A stretch of 64,000 nt of DNA from an uncultured bacterium (lineage in GTDB: Bacteria > Muiribacteriota > Ozemobacteria > Ozemobacterales > Ozemobacteraceae), in NCBI GenBank assembly GCA_964596185.1, contig CAZQUE010000001.1, positions 135,460 to 199,459 on the forward strand, read 5' to 3'. The notes below the pieces were generated by a model. The model saw only the letters and a program-made list of their open reading frames with translations. It did not search any database and was not told where the DNA came from. The translations under genes and the position numbers were made by a program. Of the stretch, positions 54,760 through 64,000 are shown one piece after another. The first letter of the stretch is position 1. Every line of letters begins with the position of its first letter.

Positions 54760-57564
54760 TCAGATTTTGAACCTTGTTAACATATTGTTGAGCTGTTCAG
54801 AAAGTCTTGAAAGCTCTCTGGCGCTTGAAAGCACCTGCTGGCTCGAAGAAGAAATTTCACCCGAAGCGGTATTTACCCGTGCGACGTCTTTCGATGCTTC
54901 TTTTGTGCCGATGGCTATTTCTGCCATGCGTGAATTAACATCTCTGATGCTTTGTGAGGTGTCGGCAATATTACCAGAGATACTTTTGGTAACACTGGCC
55001 TGTTGCTCGATGCTGCTGGCAATCGCAGCAATGATGTCGCTGACTTCACGAATGATTTTGCTGATGTTTTCAATGTCGCCAATCGCGTTCACCGTAACTT
55101 CTTGAATTCCGGCAATTTTTTTGCGGATATCGATGGTGGCGATTGAAGTTTGCTGGGCCAGTTCTTTAACTTCATTGGCGACGACCGCAAAGCCCTTTCC
55201 GGCTGCCCCGGCTCGGGCTGCCTCGATTGTCGCATTCAGTGCGAGCAGGTTTGTTTGCGAAGAAATGCTGGTAATGGTTTCGGTTACCTGACCGATTTCC
55301 TGGGCCGACTTTTCCATTGCCTTGATGATATCTGAAACGCCACTGGCTTGTTGACTGGCATTACTGGCAATTCTGCGTGCTTTTTCTGAATTAGCGGCAA
55401 TTTCAGAGATGGTAACGCTCATTTCTTCGGTGGCCGTAGCAACTGTCGTCAGATTCATCGTCGTTTGCTCCATGCTCGAAGCCACCGAAACAGCATTTGA
55501 ACTCATTTCTTCGACAGCCGAAGCGACGAGTGAAGAGCGATCGTTTGATTCGCGAGAATTGGTTGCAAGTTGTTCAGAAATTGCAGAAAGCTCAGTTGAT
55601 GAAGATGCGAGGGTCTGAGCGCTCTGATTAAGCTCGCGGAACATTTGTGAGAGCTGTTTGACCATTGTTGCGACTGCCTGCATTTGCTGGTCATTTTCAG
55701 AACGCTGGGTTACTTCAACCATCAAATCGCCTTCGGCAACCTTTTGAGCAACGCTGGTTACCCCAAGAAGCGATTGAATCAGCTGATTCAGGCAATCTTT
55801 CAAGACATTGAACTCGCCTCGATATTCATCCTGAACCGGTGCAGGAATTTCGCCCCGGCTAAGTTTCCAGAGATTTTTTGAGACCATTACAATCGGGTCT
55901 TCAAAGGCTTCGAGAATGTTGTTCATCTCTTCGACAATTCGTGCAAATTCACCACGATTGCGGCTGGAATCACAACGCACGGAGAGATTTCCCTCAAGGG
56001 CCGCCTTCGTCAGGGTGTGACTGTCGCTGATTAGGTTGTTAAGCGAAGTTCGCACCATCTGAAGATTTTTGCTGATTGTCTGGAAATTTTCAAAAATCGG
56101 TTGGGTTGCCTTGTTCGGTGTGGCAATGTCCCAGTTCCAGTTTAAGTCTCCTTCAGCCAGTTTGGCGAGACACTCTGCAAGTTTGTTGAGTTCGTTGCTT
56201 TGATAACTAAACACTTCTGCAGAGGTTCGGGTTAGCGATTCGACCTCGTTCCGGCCTTCTTCAGCCTTTTTCAAAAGAAAGTGATGGCAGTTTTCAGGGC
56301 GATTCAGCTTGTTATAGATTGCGACAGCCATGCCTTCACAGTTGCCGTATCCGCAAGAATTACAGTTGAAGAAGTCATCTTCAGAAAACTTGCCCATTTG
56401 TTGATAAATATGGTCAAGTTCACTTTTTGCGGGCATTTTAATAATGTTACTCTGGCTGCGATTTTCATAGCTTCGCGCATATAGACGGGGTTTCCAGTAA
56501 CGATTTAGCAGCTTTTCAATGCTTTTGTGGGTTCTACGGGCTGACATCGGGCCCCAGCGCTTGTAGCGCTTTTGCATTTCCCGATTTCTTTCTTCAACGA
56601 GTCTTTCGACTTCATCGGGTGAGCTGTGTTTGATGTCGGTACCGGTGCCGGCGTTGCAACCCAGCTCACAATTGAGACAATCGACGAGCAATGGTGCCTT
56701 TTTCTCGAGGCGAAGCCGGTTGAGATCTTTCAAATAATCGTAAATGATGTGTGGCCCTTCAATTTTGCGGGTAACTTCCTTTACATCGGCATTCCAGCGT
56801 TCCGCGGTTCTGAGAAGGCCGCCTGGAGTTGAAAAAAGAACAGCTCTTTCGGCGGGCGGGTTGTCGTAATCGACCTCCGGGAAAGTGGTCAGATGAATGT
56901 TGTTCTTGGCCATCCAGGCTTTGAGATTGGACATGGTCACATTGTAATCGCCGAAACCGGTCTGATAAAACTCTCGCTTTTTGGCAACGCAGGGCGATAA
57001 GACGGCGACCTTGTGGGCTGCAAACCTTGGCCAGTATTCCTTGATCATTTTTATCGTATGCAGCATTGGGCTGTCGGCAGGCGCGAATGAAGGCAGCAGG
57101 TCGGGCTGGTAGATTTCCGCATAATTTACCAGAGCCGGGCATGGTTGGGCAATTACCAGGTCAGGCTCATTGCTCTTTATGTGCTCAAGGTAAGATTTGA
57201 TGGTCAGTTCAGCGCCAAAACTGACGTCAAAGATACCGGCGACACCAGTTGATTTCAGCCAGCCGTTGAGGCGCAGATATTGATTGGGGAAAGATACTGC
57301 AACGGCGGGTGCCACAACCGCGATTATGGGCTCGCGACGGTTGAGCGCTTCAATGAAAGCCGCAGTGTCATCGACGGGTCTTCTGGCATCGTGGGTGCAG
57401 GTTTTCAAACATTGGCCACAGCCAATGCACATGTCTGAGTTTATCTCTACTGAATCTCCAGAGGCATCATTGCAGAATTTAACCGGGCATGCGGCGATAC
57501 ACGCATGACAATTTACACAGTTGTCTTTTACGACTTCGATTACTTGTGGTAGAGAGCGTAACAT
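54760..57564 (-). CDS. Soluble methyl-accepting chemotaxis protein with N-terminal 2x[4Fe-4S] ferredoxin plus [FeFe]-hydrogenase-like sensor domain
   Basis: Two CxxCxxCxxxCP ferredoxin motifs ([23 protein letters not shown]) are followed by a region with H-cluster-like motifs ([31 protein letters not shown]). The C-terminal part is a canonical MCP signalling domain (...[31 protein letters not shown]...). No TM helices. GGAGGA SD. Confidence 0.85.
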   Translation of the reverse strand: MLRSLPQVIEVVKDNCVNCHACIAACPVKFCNDASGDSVEINSDMCIGCGQCLKTCTHDARRPVDDTAAFIEALNRREPIIAVVAPAVAVSFPNQYLRLNGWLKSTGVAGIFDVSFGAELTIKSYLEHIKSNEPDLVIAQPCPALVNYAEIYQPDLLPSFAPADSPMLHTIKMIKEYWPRFAAHKVAVLSPCVAKKREFYQTGFGDYNVTMSNLKAWMAKNNIHLTTFPEVDYDNPPAERAVLFSTPGGLLRTAERWNADVKEVTRKIEGPHIIYDYLKDLNRLRLEKKAPLLVDCLNCELGCNAGTGTDIKHSSPDEVERLVEERNREMQKRYKRWGPMSARRTHKSIEKLLNRYWKPRLYARSYENRSQSNIIKMPAKSELDHIYQQMGKFSEDDFFNCNSCGYGNCEGMAVAIYNKLNRPENCHHFLLKKAEEGRNEVESLTRTSAEVFSYQSNELNKLAECLAKLAEGDLNWNWDIATPNKATQPIFENFQTISKNLQMVRTSLNNLISDSHTLTKAALEGNLSVRCDSSRNRGEFARIVEEMNNILEAFEDPIVMVSKNLWKLSRGEIPAPVQDEYRGEFNVLKDCLNQLIQSLLGVTSVAQKVAEGDLMVEVTQRSENDQQMQAVATMVKQLSQMFRELNQSAQTLASSSTELSAISEQLATNSRESNDRSSLVASAVEEMSSNAVSVASSMEQTTMNLTTVATATEEMSVTISEIAANSEKARRIASNASQQASGVSDIIKAMEKSAQEIGQVTETITSISSQTNLLALNATIEAARAGAAGKGFAVVANEVKELAQQTSIATIDIRKKIAGIQEVTVNAIGDIENISKIIREVSDIIAAIASSIEQQASVTKSISGNIADTSQSIRDVNSRMAEIAIGTKEASKDVARVNTASGEISSSSQQVLSSARELSRLSEQLNNMLTRFKI

Positions 57565-57584
57565 TGGGCTATCCTCCAGAAATT

Positions 57585-60206
57585 TCAGGTTGCGGATCGA
57601 ACATGGTCGAGCCAGTCGGAAATTTGTTGCATTTCAAGTTTGAGCATGTGTGCTCCAATACCTTCATGGCTGAGGTCGAGATCGCGGTCTCCCTCTTTTG
57701 TCCATAAAGTAGCAACTTTTATTCCATCGAGTTGTTTATTCTGTTTCAGTTTGCGCAAAGTCAGAAATTGATCTTTCTTAACCAGGGAAAGGTCGGCGAG
57801 AATGCCTTTGATGCTGTGCCCGGGCGCAGACAGGCAGTCTTCGAGTTCGGCAATCGACCCGGCAATTCTGACGTTGCAACCCTGGTTTTCAAGCTGCAGC
57901 TTGAGTTGGTTTTGAAAGAAACTGTTTGCCTCAAGCAATGCAATACAGGTTGAATCCTTAGGGATAGAATCATCTGGCAGAGAATGTTCCAACAGCTCGG
58001 GTCTCGTGTTGGCAACGATTTCAATTATATCAATGAATAACAATGATTCGTTCTTCCAGACAGTTGCGCCACTGATACCGGGTCTTCTGAACACCTGGCG
58101 ATCAAATTCAGGTATCAACTCGATCACTTGAATCGGCAGGGCAGCAATTAGTCCTATTTCTCTCGATTTGAGGCGAACTACGATCACTCCCCATTCTTTG
58201 TCTGATGACAGGCTGTCAAGTGAATGACCATCTACAGGAAAGACCGGCAGAATCTTGTCTTCAAGCTGCAAAGCCCGCCAGTCACCACAGGAGATAAGAC
58301 GTTCGGGCAGGACTTTTTCAAGTCTGGAAACAAGAAATAACGGCAGAGCATAATTTTCCGGCCCGGCAACCTTGAAGCAAAGAAATGGCAGAGCTTGATT
58401 TTCTGCCGAAATATTGCGGTCACTTTCAATCAAATTACTGTTGATATGATTTTGCCGGCCAAGAATTCCAGATCGGGCGGCTAAACCAAGAACGTCGATG
58501 ATCAAGGCAATCCGGCCATCACCGAGTATGGTTGCGCCAGAATACTCGCTTAAAGATTTCAAGTCCTTGCCGAGCTGTTTTACCACGATTTCTTCGGTAA
58601 AAAGAGGCTTGTCGACGATCAGGGCAAAAGTAAAACTGCCGGTAGTGACGACAATTACGTTCAGGCCACTGGCTGAATGAAAGCGCCGACCGTCTTTGCG
58701 TGGCTTTGTTTGCGCAATATTATGCGGAATCAGGCGGTCATGCCCGTTTTTAAGTTCATTATTGCGCCGGTCTGCAATGCGTTTGCGTCGGTTTTTCAGC
58801 TTGATTTTTCGTTGCGGGTCTTCATAACTGTCTTCACATCCGAGGAAGCGATTTAAAGAAATGAGTGGCAGAAGTTTACCCCGCAAAACCAGAACTTCCT
58901 GATTGCCGATGATTTCAACGCGGCGCTTGATCATTTCAGCGGGTATAAGCAGCATTTCAAGAACATTAGCCTGTGGAATAGCGAACATTTCATCGGCGCT
59001 GGTCAGAATCAAAGAGGGAATTATGGCCAGAGTCAGCGGCAGCTTAATTTTAAATATCGAACCTTTTCCCGGTTCTGAAATTATTTCGACTTTACCCCCC
59101 AAACTGTCAATGTTGGCTTTAACCACGTCCATACCCACGCCGCGGCCGGAAAGCTCCGATACTTTTTCGGCCGTTGAAAGTCCTGGCAAAAAAATAAGAT
59201 TCTGCATATCTTTAATTGACATGTTTTTTGCTTTTTCGAAAGAAAGCAAACCACGATCTATCGCTTTTTGACAGACTTTCTCTCCATCAATGCCGCGACC
59301 GTCGTCGGCTACCTCGACAATTACCCGACTGGCTTCGTAAAATGCCTGAATCTTGATATGGGCTGGTAAAGATTTGCCGAGCCTTTTGCGTTCATCCGGA
59401 GTCTCGATGCCATGGTCAATGGCGTTGCGAACCATGTGGGTCAATGGATCGCCAAGACCTTCAATCAGCGTTTTATCAAGTTCTACTTCGCGACCTTCGA
59501 GGCTGAGTTTAATTTCTTTGCCGAGCTTTCGCGACAGATCTCTTATCATTCGCGGAAACTTGCAGAAAATTCGATCTATCGGCTGCAGCCGGGTCATCAT
59601 GATCGTTTCCTGAAGTTCGGTCGTAACCTGACCCATACGTTGTCCACTCATGCGGATAGAGCGCATGTCATTACGGCTGAGAGCTTCGCGAAGCTGGTTT
59701 CGGCTAAGAACCAGCTCGCCGGCCAGATTCATCAGATTTTCGAGTAAGCTGACCTTAACACGCAAGGTTGGTTCTGAAACTTCTTTAACCTGAATAGCTT
59801 CGGTCGCCGATGACATTTTTTCTTCAGCATCTTTAGCCGGAGCTTCTGGCGCGGCCTCGGCTTCTGCTCTCTGAGGTTCGAAGGGCAAAAACGAACCGGA
59901 TGGAACTTCAAGAAAAACTTCGATTTCTCCCGGGCCAATCTCTGAGCTGTAGAGAATCTCGATTGGCAAATTCGAGTCAGCTGAAAGATCATTTTCGTCA
60001 AATGTATCAAAGTCGATTTTTAGTTGTAAGACACTTCCTAAGCCATATAGCAGTTTTAAGAAGTCACCCAGCGATTTGCCGAGACTGTCGATGTCTTTGA
60101 TCAGGTTCAGTTTTGCGTGATAAATGTTCAGGCCCAGATCCATGGCTTCGTCGAGCTGTGCGCGCACCCCATCGTCTTCTGGTTCATTGGCAAACGAACT
60201 TTCCAA
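57585..60206 (-). CDS. cheA: Chemotaxis histidine kinase CheA (possibly with C-terminal receiver-like domain)
   Basis: Dimerisation region ([25 protein letters not shown]), HATPase ([16 protein letters not shown]...GRGVGMDVV), CheW-like domain(s), and a C-terminal ~120 aa with a degenerate REC pattern. The start appears to be TTG; the upstream frame is closed by a stop 30 nt earlier. The N-terminal P1/Hpt region is short and divergent. Confidence 0.8.
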   Translation of the reverse strand: MESSFANEPEDDGVRAQLDEAMDLGLNIYHAKLNLIKDIDSLGKSLGDFLKLLYGLGSVLQLKIDFDTFDENDLSADSNLPIEILYSSEIGPGEIEVFLEVPSGSFLPFEPQRAEAEAAPEAPAKDAEEKMSSATEAIQVKEVSEPTLRVKVSLLENLMNLAGELVLSRNQLREALSRNDMRSIRMSGQRMGQVTTELQETIMMTRLQPIDRIFCKFPRMIRDLSRKLGKEIKLSLEGREVELDKTLIEGLGDPLTHMVRNAIDHGIETPDERKRLGKSLPAHIKIQAFYEASRVIVEVADDGRGIDGEKVCQKAIDRGLLSFEKAKNMSIKDMQNLIFLPGLSTAEKVSELSGRGVGMDVVKANIDSLGGKVEIISEPGKGSIFKIKLPLTLAIIPSLILTSADEMFAIPQANVLEMLLIPAEMIKRRVEIIGNQEVLVLRGKLLPLISLNRFLGCEDSYEDPQRKIKLKNRRKRIADRRNNELKNGHDRLIPHNIAQTKPRKDGRRFHSASGLNVIVVTTGSFTFALIVDKPLFTEEIVVKQLGKDLKSLSEYSGATILGDGRIALIIDVLGLAARSGILGRQNHINSNLIESDRNISAENQALPFLCFKVAGPENYALPLFLVSRLEKVLPERLISCGDWRALQLEDKILPVFPVDGHSLDSLSSDKEWGVIVVRLKSREIGLIAALPIQVIELIPEFDRQVFRRPGISGATVWKNESLLFIDIIEIVANTRPELLEHSLPDDSIPKDSTCIALLEANSFFQNQLKLQLENQGCNVRIAGSIAELEDCLSAPGHSIKGILADLSLVKKDQFLTLRKLKQNKQLDGIKVATLWTKEGDRDLDLSHEGIGAHMLKLEMQQISDWLDHVRSAT

Positions 60207-60340
60207 CCATGACTTTTTTACTGGCAGGCCGTCTCATGTACCCTCTTTTTTAGTTTGTTTGTGGAGACTCAGCCTAGATTATCACGTCTCATTTATTTAT
60301 ACAAGCCGGCGCGAAAATATTTGTAATTGCCAGTTCCCGC

Positions 60341-60369
60341 TTGACGAAAAGACCGGGTAATAGTATCAT
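60341..60369 (+). promoter_or_regulatory. Candidate sigma70 promoter for purD
   Basis: TTGACG (60341-60346), a 17-nt spacer, then TATCAT (60364-60369), ~40 nt upstream of the GTG start. Confidence 0.4.
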
Positions 60370-60410
60370 TGCGCGGCGGCATGTGCCGATGATAAAACGG
60401 AGAATTAGTT

Positions 60411-61652
60411 GTGAACATACTCGTGCTTGGTTCTGGAGCCAGAGAACATTCTTTGGTACATTCTCTGTCCAAGTCTCCCTCGGTACATCGGATTTTTGCC
60501 TGCCCCGGCAATGCGGGAATGGCAGACATCAATCTTTGTAAAAGAATTCCATTCAAGGATAATGTCGAACTTATCAAGCATTGCCGCGACAAAATCGCCC
60601 TGGCGGTTGTCGGCTCTTCGAAATTCGTTGAAGATGGAACGGTCGACGCGCTGGCTCTTGCCGGTATTCCGGTAATCGGTCCCGCCGAAGATGCCGGCAA
60701 AATCGAGACCAGTAAAGCATTCGCGGCAAAATTCATTGCCAGGCACAAGATTCCTGCCCCACATACAATGATTGTCGTAAATGAGCAGGAGATAGATGCT
60801 GCATTCGCTCAAAACCAAAACCTGCTGGTTGCCAAGTGTGATGGTTTTTCACACGGTGAGGGAGTAAAGGTTTGTAAGAATACCAACGCTGCTATTCAGG
60901 CTGCCAAGGATCTTTTGCGCAAGAATGGCCCGCCGGTAATACTTCAGGAGCCCTTGATCGGCGTTGAATGCTCATATTCAATTCTGACCGATGGCCAGCA
61001 ATGGGTTTCTTTCAGCTCGAGCCGAGATTATAAAAGAGTTTTTGAAAATGAAACCGGCCCAACCTCTGGAGGAATGGGTTCCGTGAGCCCTTCACCAGAC
61101 CTAACTCCTGAACTCGAGCAGAAAATCATTCGAGAGATCGTTCAACCAGTCGTTAACGGTATGAAACAGGACAATCTTCTTTATCGCGGCTTTTTGTCCA
61201 TTCAGTTGATGCTGACGGCAGAAGGCCCAAGAGTGCTTGAATTCAATGCCCGACTTGGTGACCCGGAGACACAGAGTATTCTGACCCGTTTCCGTGGCGA
61301 CCTGGCTTGCCTGCTGAAGGATTGCGCTATGGGGTGTCTTACTTCAGTTGGCTCTGAAGTCGCTTTTGGAAAACATTCTGCCGTGTCGGTGGTTATTGCC
61401 CGTGAGGGTTATCCGGAGTCAGAGGCCGCCGACCCGATTATTGATGGACTGGAGAAAATTCAGGATTCCTATGTTTATTTTTCCAACTGTCGTAAGTCAG
61501 AAGATGCTGATCGCATGAAATTCAAGAGCGGTCGATTGTTGAGTGTCACCGCAATTGGCGAGACATTGGAATTGGCTAAAAATAAGGTTTACCAGGATAT
61601 TTTGCTGTTAAACCTTGCCAAAGTTCATTACCGCAAAGATATCGGCAGCTGA
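60411..61652 (+). CDS. purD: Phosphoribosylamine--glycine ligase
   Basis: N-terminal (M/V)NILVLGSGAREHSLVHSL is the classic PurD start. ATP-grasp body. GTG start with an ACGGAG SD. Confidence 0.9.
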   Translation: MNILVLGSGAREHSLVHSLSKSPSVHRIFACPGNAGMADINLCKRIPFKDNVELIKHCRDKIALAVVGSSKFVEDGTVDALALAGIPVIGPAEDAGKIETSKAFAAKFIARHKIPAPHTMIVVNEQEIDAAFAQNQNLLVAKCDGFSHGEGVKVCKNTNAAIQAAKDLLRKNGPPVILQEPLIGVECSYSILTDGQQWVSFSSSRDYKRVFENETGPTSGGMGSVSPSPDLTPELEQKIIREIVQPVVNGMKQDNLLYRGFLSIQLMLTAEGPRVLEFNARLGDPETQSILTRFRGDLACLLKDCAMGCLTSVGSEVAFGKHSAVSVVIAREGYPESEAADPIIDGLEKIQDSYVYFSNCRKSEDADRMKFKSGRLLSVTAIGETLELAKNKVYQDILLLNLAKVHYRKDIGS

Positions 61653-61669
61653 CCTTCTGATACATGATG

Positions 61670-61708
61670 AAAAAAAGAGGGACTTATTAGAAAGCCCCTC
61701 TTTTTCTG
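61670..61708. terminator. Bidirectional terminator between purD and the PLD-family gene
   Basis: A7 run, then hairpin aagaggg...cccctctt, then a T5 run, between convergent genes. Confidence 0.4.
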
Positions 61709-61735
61709 ATATCGGAGAACGTTTTTTCGATTGAA

Positions 61736-63982
61736 TTAAATCAACTTTTTGAATATGGTGAACTTTGACAAGGTCTTAAGCATCCAGAAATTTTTGCCCT
61801 TGAGATCATCGGGCCCGAAAACTGATTTTATCTTGCCATTTTCATCGATCGATATCTGATATTCTTTACTCTGGTTGAAGTCTTTGTAGATTTCGCTTCG
61901 CAGCTGCTGAGCGAATTCATCTGACTTAACCGCTGCCACAACTTCTGAGTTGATCTGCTCACTCATCCAGTCAAGATTATAGGTGCCGACTACGCCGACT
62001 TTTCCGTCAAATACCCAGTTTTTGGCGTGCAGCTTGCGCTTGCCGTAATACACGAAGATTCTGATGTTGGGAATCTCGGCCATTACTTGCTTCCACTGGG
62101 CATAAAACATTGCCTGGGTCGCGAGACTGTCAGTTGAATAAGGACTGTTTGTGTGCAGTTTGATGCTGACACCACGGCGTCCGGCGCGTTGCAGGGCTGC
62201 AAAAATTCTGTCAGTTAAAACAACATAGGGGTTCTGAATGAGAACTTCTTTTTTGCTGCCATCGATGTATTTAACCATTTCATCGGTAATGTCATTTCGT
62301 GGCCCGCCGAGTGAATGCTTGTCAATTATTTTTGCATAAGCTTCAACCGAATTACTCAATGGTGAGAAACCGGCATAGCTTCTGAGGTTTTTATATGGAG
62401 CCAGTTCGCCAAGGAATTCCCTGGCGCTGTTGAGATACTTCTTGTCGACGTTGGCTGAAACGGTAAAACGTTCGTTTAAAAGATGTGAGTACATTGTATC
62501 GCGAGCAGCAAGCATCTCGTTGCTCATGATATCAATGTTGCCCCAGAGCTCTTTACCGATGGTGTAGGTTTTGAGCTTTGAGAACTCTTCGTCGAAAGCA
62601 TAAGAAAGCTGTCGGGCTACATCGTCACATCTGATAATGACATCTGTGTCGCGATAGCATTCAGGGTGGTCTTCTACTTCCAGGAAGTAATCCTTGGAAA
62701 CATTGCGGCCACCAACGATGCTGTATTCGTTATCGATGACGATTATTTTGTCGTGATTAGAGGCCATAATTTTGCGAAGATCGGTGAGGGCAGTAAGAAG
62801 ATTCGAATGCGCCGGGTTGAAAACCTTTACTTCGCAGTTTGGCAATTCCAATAGTTCCTGGAGGAAATCCTGGCCCATTAGCTTGCGGGTAAGTTGCTTG
62901 GTGCCGCGAGCATCGAGCATGAGTCTGATTTTGATGCCTTCTCTGGCTTTTTTAAGCAGAGTGCCCAGCATCGACATACCGAAAATGTCTTTATCCATGA
63001 TGAAATATTGAATGTCGATGCTGTGTTTGGCTTCATTCAAAAGTTTCCAGCGACCGTACCAGGCTTCTGAGTTGGAGTATCTCAGACTGACTTCGGCAGT
63101 TTTGTTCGATTTACCTGTGGCAGGAACAAAACGATCAAAAGTGATATTTACCGGCGGAGCAAATTGTGCCCCCAATTTTTCATACGCAAGCTGGAATTTT
63201 TCAAATTTATCCTGATTGCTGTTAAATTTAAATAATTTACTGACATAGCCTGCCCACCTTGTGGCTTTTACCGGAAAGGCCAGCCAGGATGTATTTCTGT
63301 ATTTTTCGTAACTTTTCTGCGAGTCAGCATAAGAACTGTTTAAAACCTGTTTCCATTGCTTGTGGCTTTTGCTGGCCTGGTAATAGGCGAGGCGTTGTCG
63401 GGCAACATAAGCAGCTTTCGAATTGGGCTTGTTTTTGGCGATTTCAGTGAGAATTTTAGCGGAGGTTTCCTGGTCATCTTTGAGCAGGTCGTAGGCTTTG
63501 GCCAACTCATATCTTGCCATATCGACGAACTTTGATTCGGGATTGCTATTGATAAAGGCTGTAAGGAGCTTCATCATTGCGTCAGGCGATTTTCTACCCT
63601 TTTCTGACCAAAGCTGGTCTAAAATTCGTTTTAGACCTGCAGGTAGTTCTACTGCTTTGGTAGAAGTAGCAATCGATGAAGAAGAGCCTGAATCGACAAA
63701 ATTCTGGTAATCTTCGGTTGCGTTTTCTACGGCAGTTGTTCCGTCAAGAACCTCATCTGAAGAACGATGAAGATTGCCTTCATAAGAATTTTTGGCGTCA
63801 AGATAAGCATTCAGAAGAGATTTGATTTCCGTATCGGATTTTTTTTCAAGAACAGCATTGCGATAGGCGTTGTAGGCAGAAACATAGGCTTCATATTCCG
63901 CACGCGCATCGGCAAGACAAACTGAAGTAACTGCCGCTAACAAAACCATCAGCAGCAGAACTGATGAAAATTTTATTTTCAT
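61736..63982 (-). CDS. Secreted phospholipase D-superfamily protein (two HKD motifs) with N-terminal TPR-like region
   Basis: Signal peptide MKIKFSSVLLLMVLLAAVTSVCLA. HKD motif 1 is HDKIIVID...GGRN and HKD motif 2 is HAKNWVFD...GTYNLD. GGAGG SD. Confidence 0.7.
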   Translation of the reverse strand: MKIKFSSVLLLMVLLAAVTSVCLADARAEYEAYVSAYNAYRNAVLEKKSDTEIKSLLNAYLDAKNSYEGNLHRSSDEVLDGTTAVENATEDYQNFVDSGSSSSIATSTKAVELPAGLKRILDQLWSEKGRKSPDAMMKLLTAFINSNPESKFVDMARYELAKAYDLLKDDQETSAKILTEIAKNKPNSKAAYVARQRLAYYQASKSHKQWKQVLNSSYADSQKSYEKYRNTSWLAFPVKATRWAGYVSKLFKFNSNQDKFEKFQLAYEKLGAQFAPPVNITFDRFVPATGKSNKTAEVSLRYSNSEAWYGRWKLLNEAKHSIDIQYFIMDKDIFGMSMLGTLLKKAREGIKIRLMLDARGTKQLTRKLMGQDFLQELLELPNCEVKVFNPAHSNLLTALTDLRKIMASNHDKIIVIDNEYSIVGGRNVSKDYFLEVEDHPECYRDTDVIIRCDDVARQLSYAFDEEFSKLKTYTIGKELWGNIDIMSNEMLAARDTMYSHLLNERFTVSANVDKKYLNSAREFLGELAPYKNLRSYAGFSPLSNSVEAYAKIIDKHSLGGPRNDITDEMVKYIDGSKKEVLIQNPYVVLTDRIFAALQRAGRRGVSIKLHTNSPYSTDSLATQAMFYAQWKQVMAEIPNIRIFVYYGKRKLHAKNWVFDGKVGVVGTYNLDWMSEQINSEVVAAVKSDEFAQQLRSEIYKDFNQSKEYQISIDENGKIKSVFGPDDLKGKNFWMLKTLSKFTIFKKLI

Positions 63983-64000
63983 GATACCGCCTCCATCTTT

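Overview
This 64-kb window reads as a chromosomal segment of an uncultivated Gram-negative bacterium. Three things place it taxonomically: a canonical type IX secretion (T9SS) C-terminal sorting domain on two giant proteins, Shine-Dalgarno usage, and a type IV pilus with chemotaxis genes, which together point to a non-Bacteroidia member of the FCB group or a related candidate phylum. The window holds four modules.

(1) A type IV pilus locus: prepilin peptidase, a short type IVa pilin, PilT and PilB. Embedded in it are two tandem paralogous polytopic membrane proteins that look like distant STT3/AglB/PglB oligosaccharyltransferase homologues, plus a large membrane-anchored sulfatase/LtaS-superfamily protein. 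I read this as a candidate pilin glycosylation and phospho-form modification system.

(2) aroE, a STAS anti-sigma antagonist, a FadL/PorV-like outer-membrane barrel, and two paralogous cassettes. Each cassette has a small TPR-like lipoprotein with a Gly-Thr simple repeat and a giant secreted repeat protein of 3260 and 4627 aa. Both giants are built of cadherin/Ig-like modules and end in a T9SS C-terminal domain.

(3) hisS and an operon with a PP2C-like phosphatase. That operon also encodes a third PilB/GspE-family ATPase carrying an unusual ~590-aa C-terminal extension with three ~85-aa 'FKxWQF' repeats, a secreted protein, and a DUF1848-like protein. A secreted glycine-zipper protein sits nearby behind a consensus sigma70 promoter.

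(4) A chemotaxis operon cheA-mcp-cheW-cheB-cheR, followed by purD and a secreted phospholipase-D family protein. The MCP is soluble and fused to a ferredoxin/[FeFe]-hydrogenase-like sensor domain.

I found no rRNA, tRNA, CRISPR array or transposase. All homology calls come from motifs I recognise by eye; none has been checked against a database.
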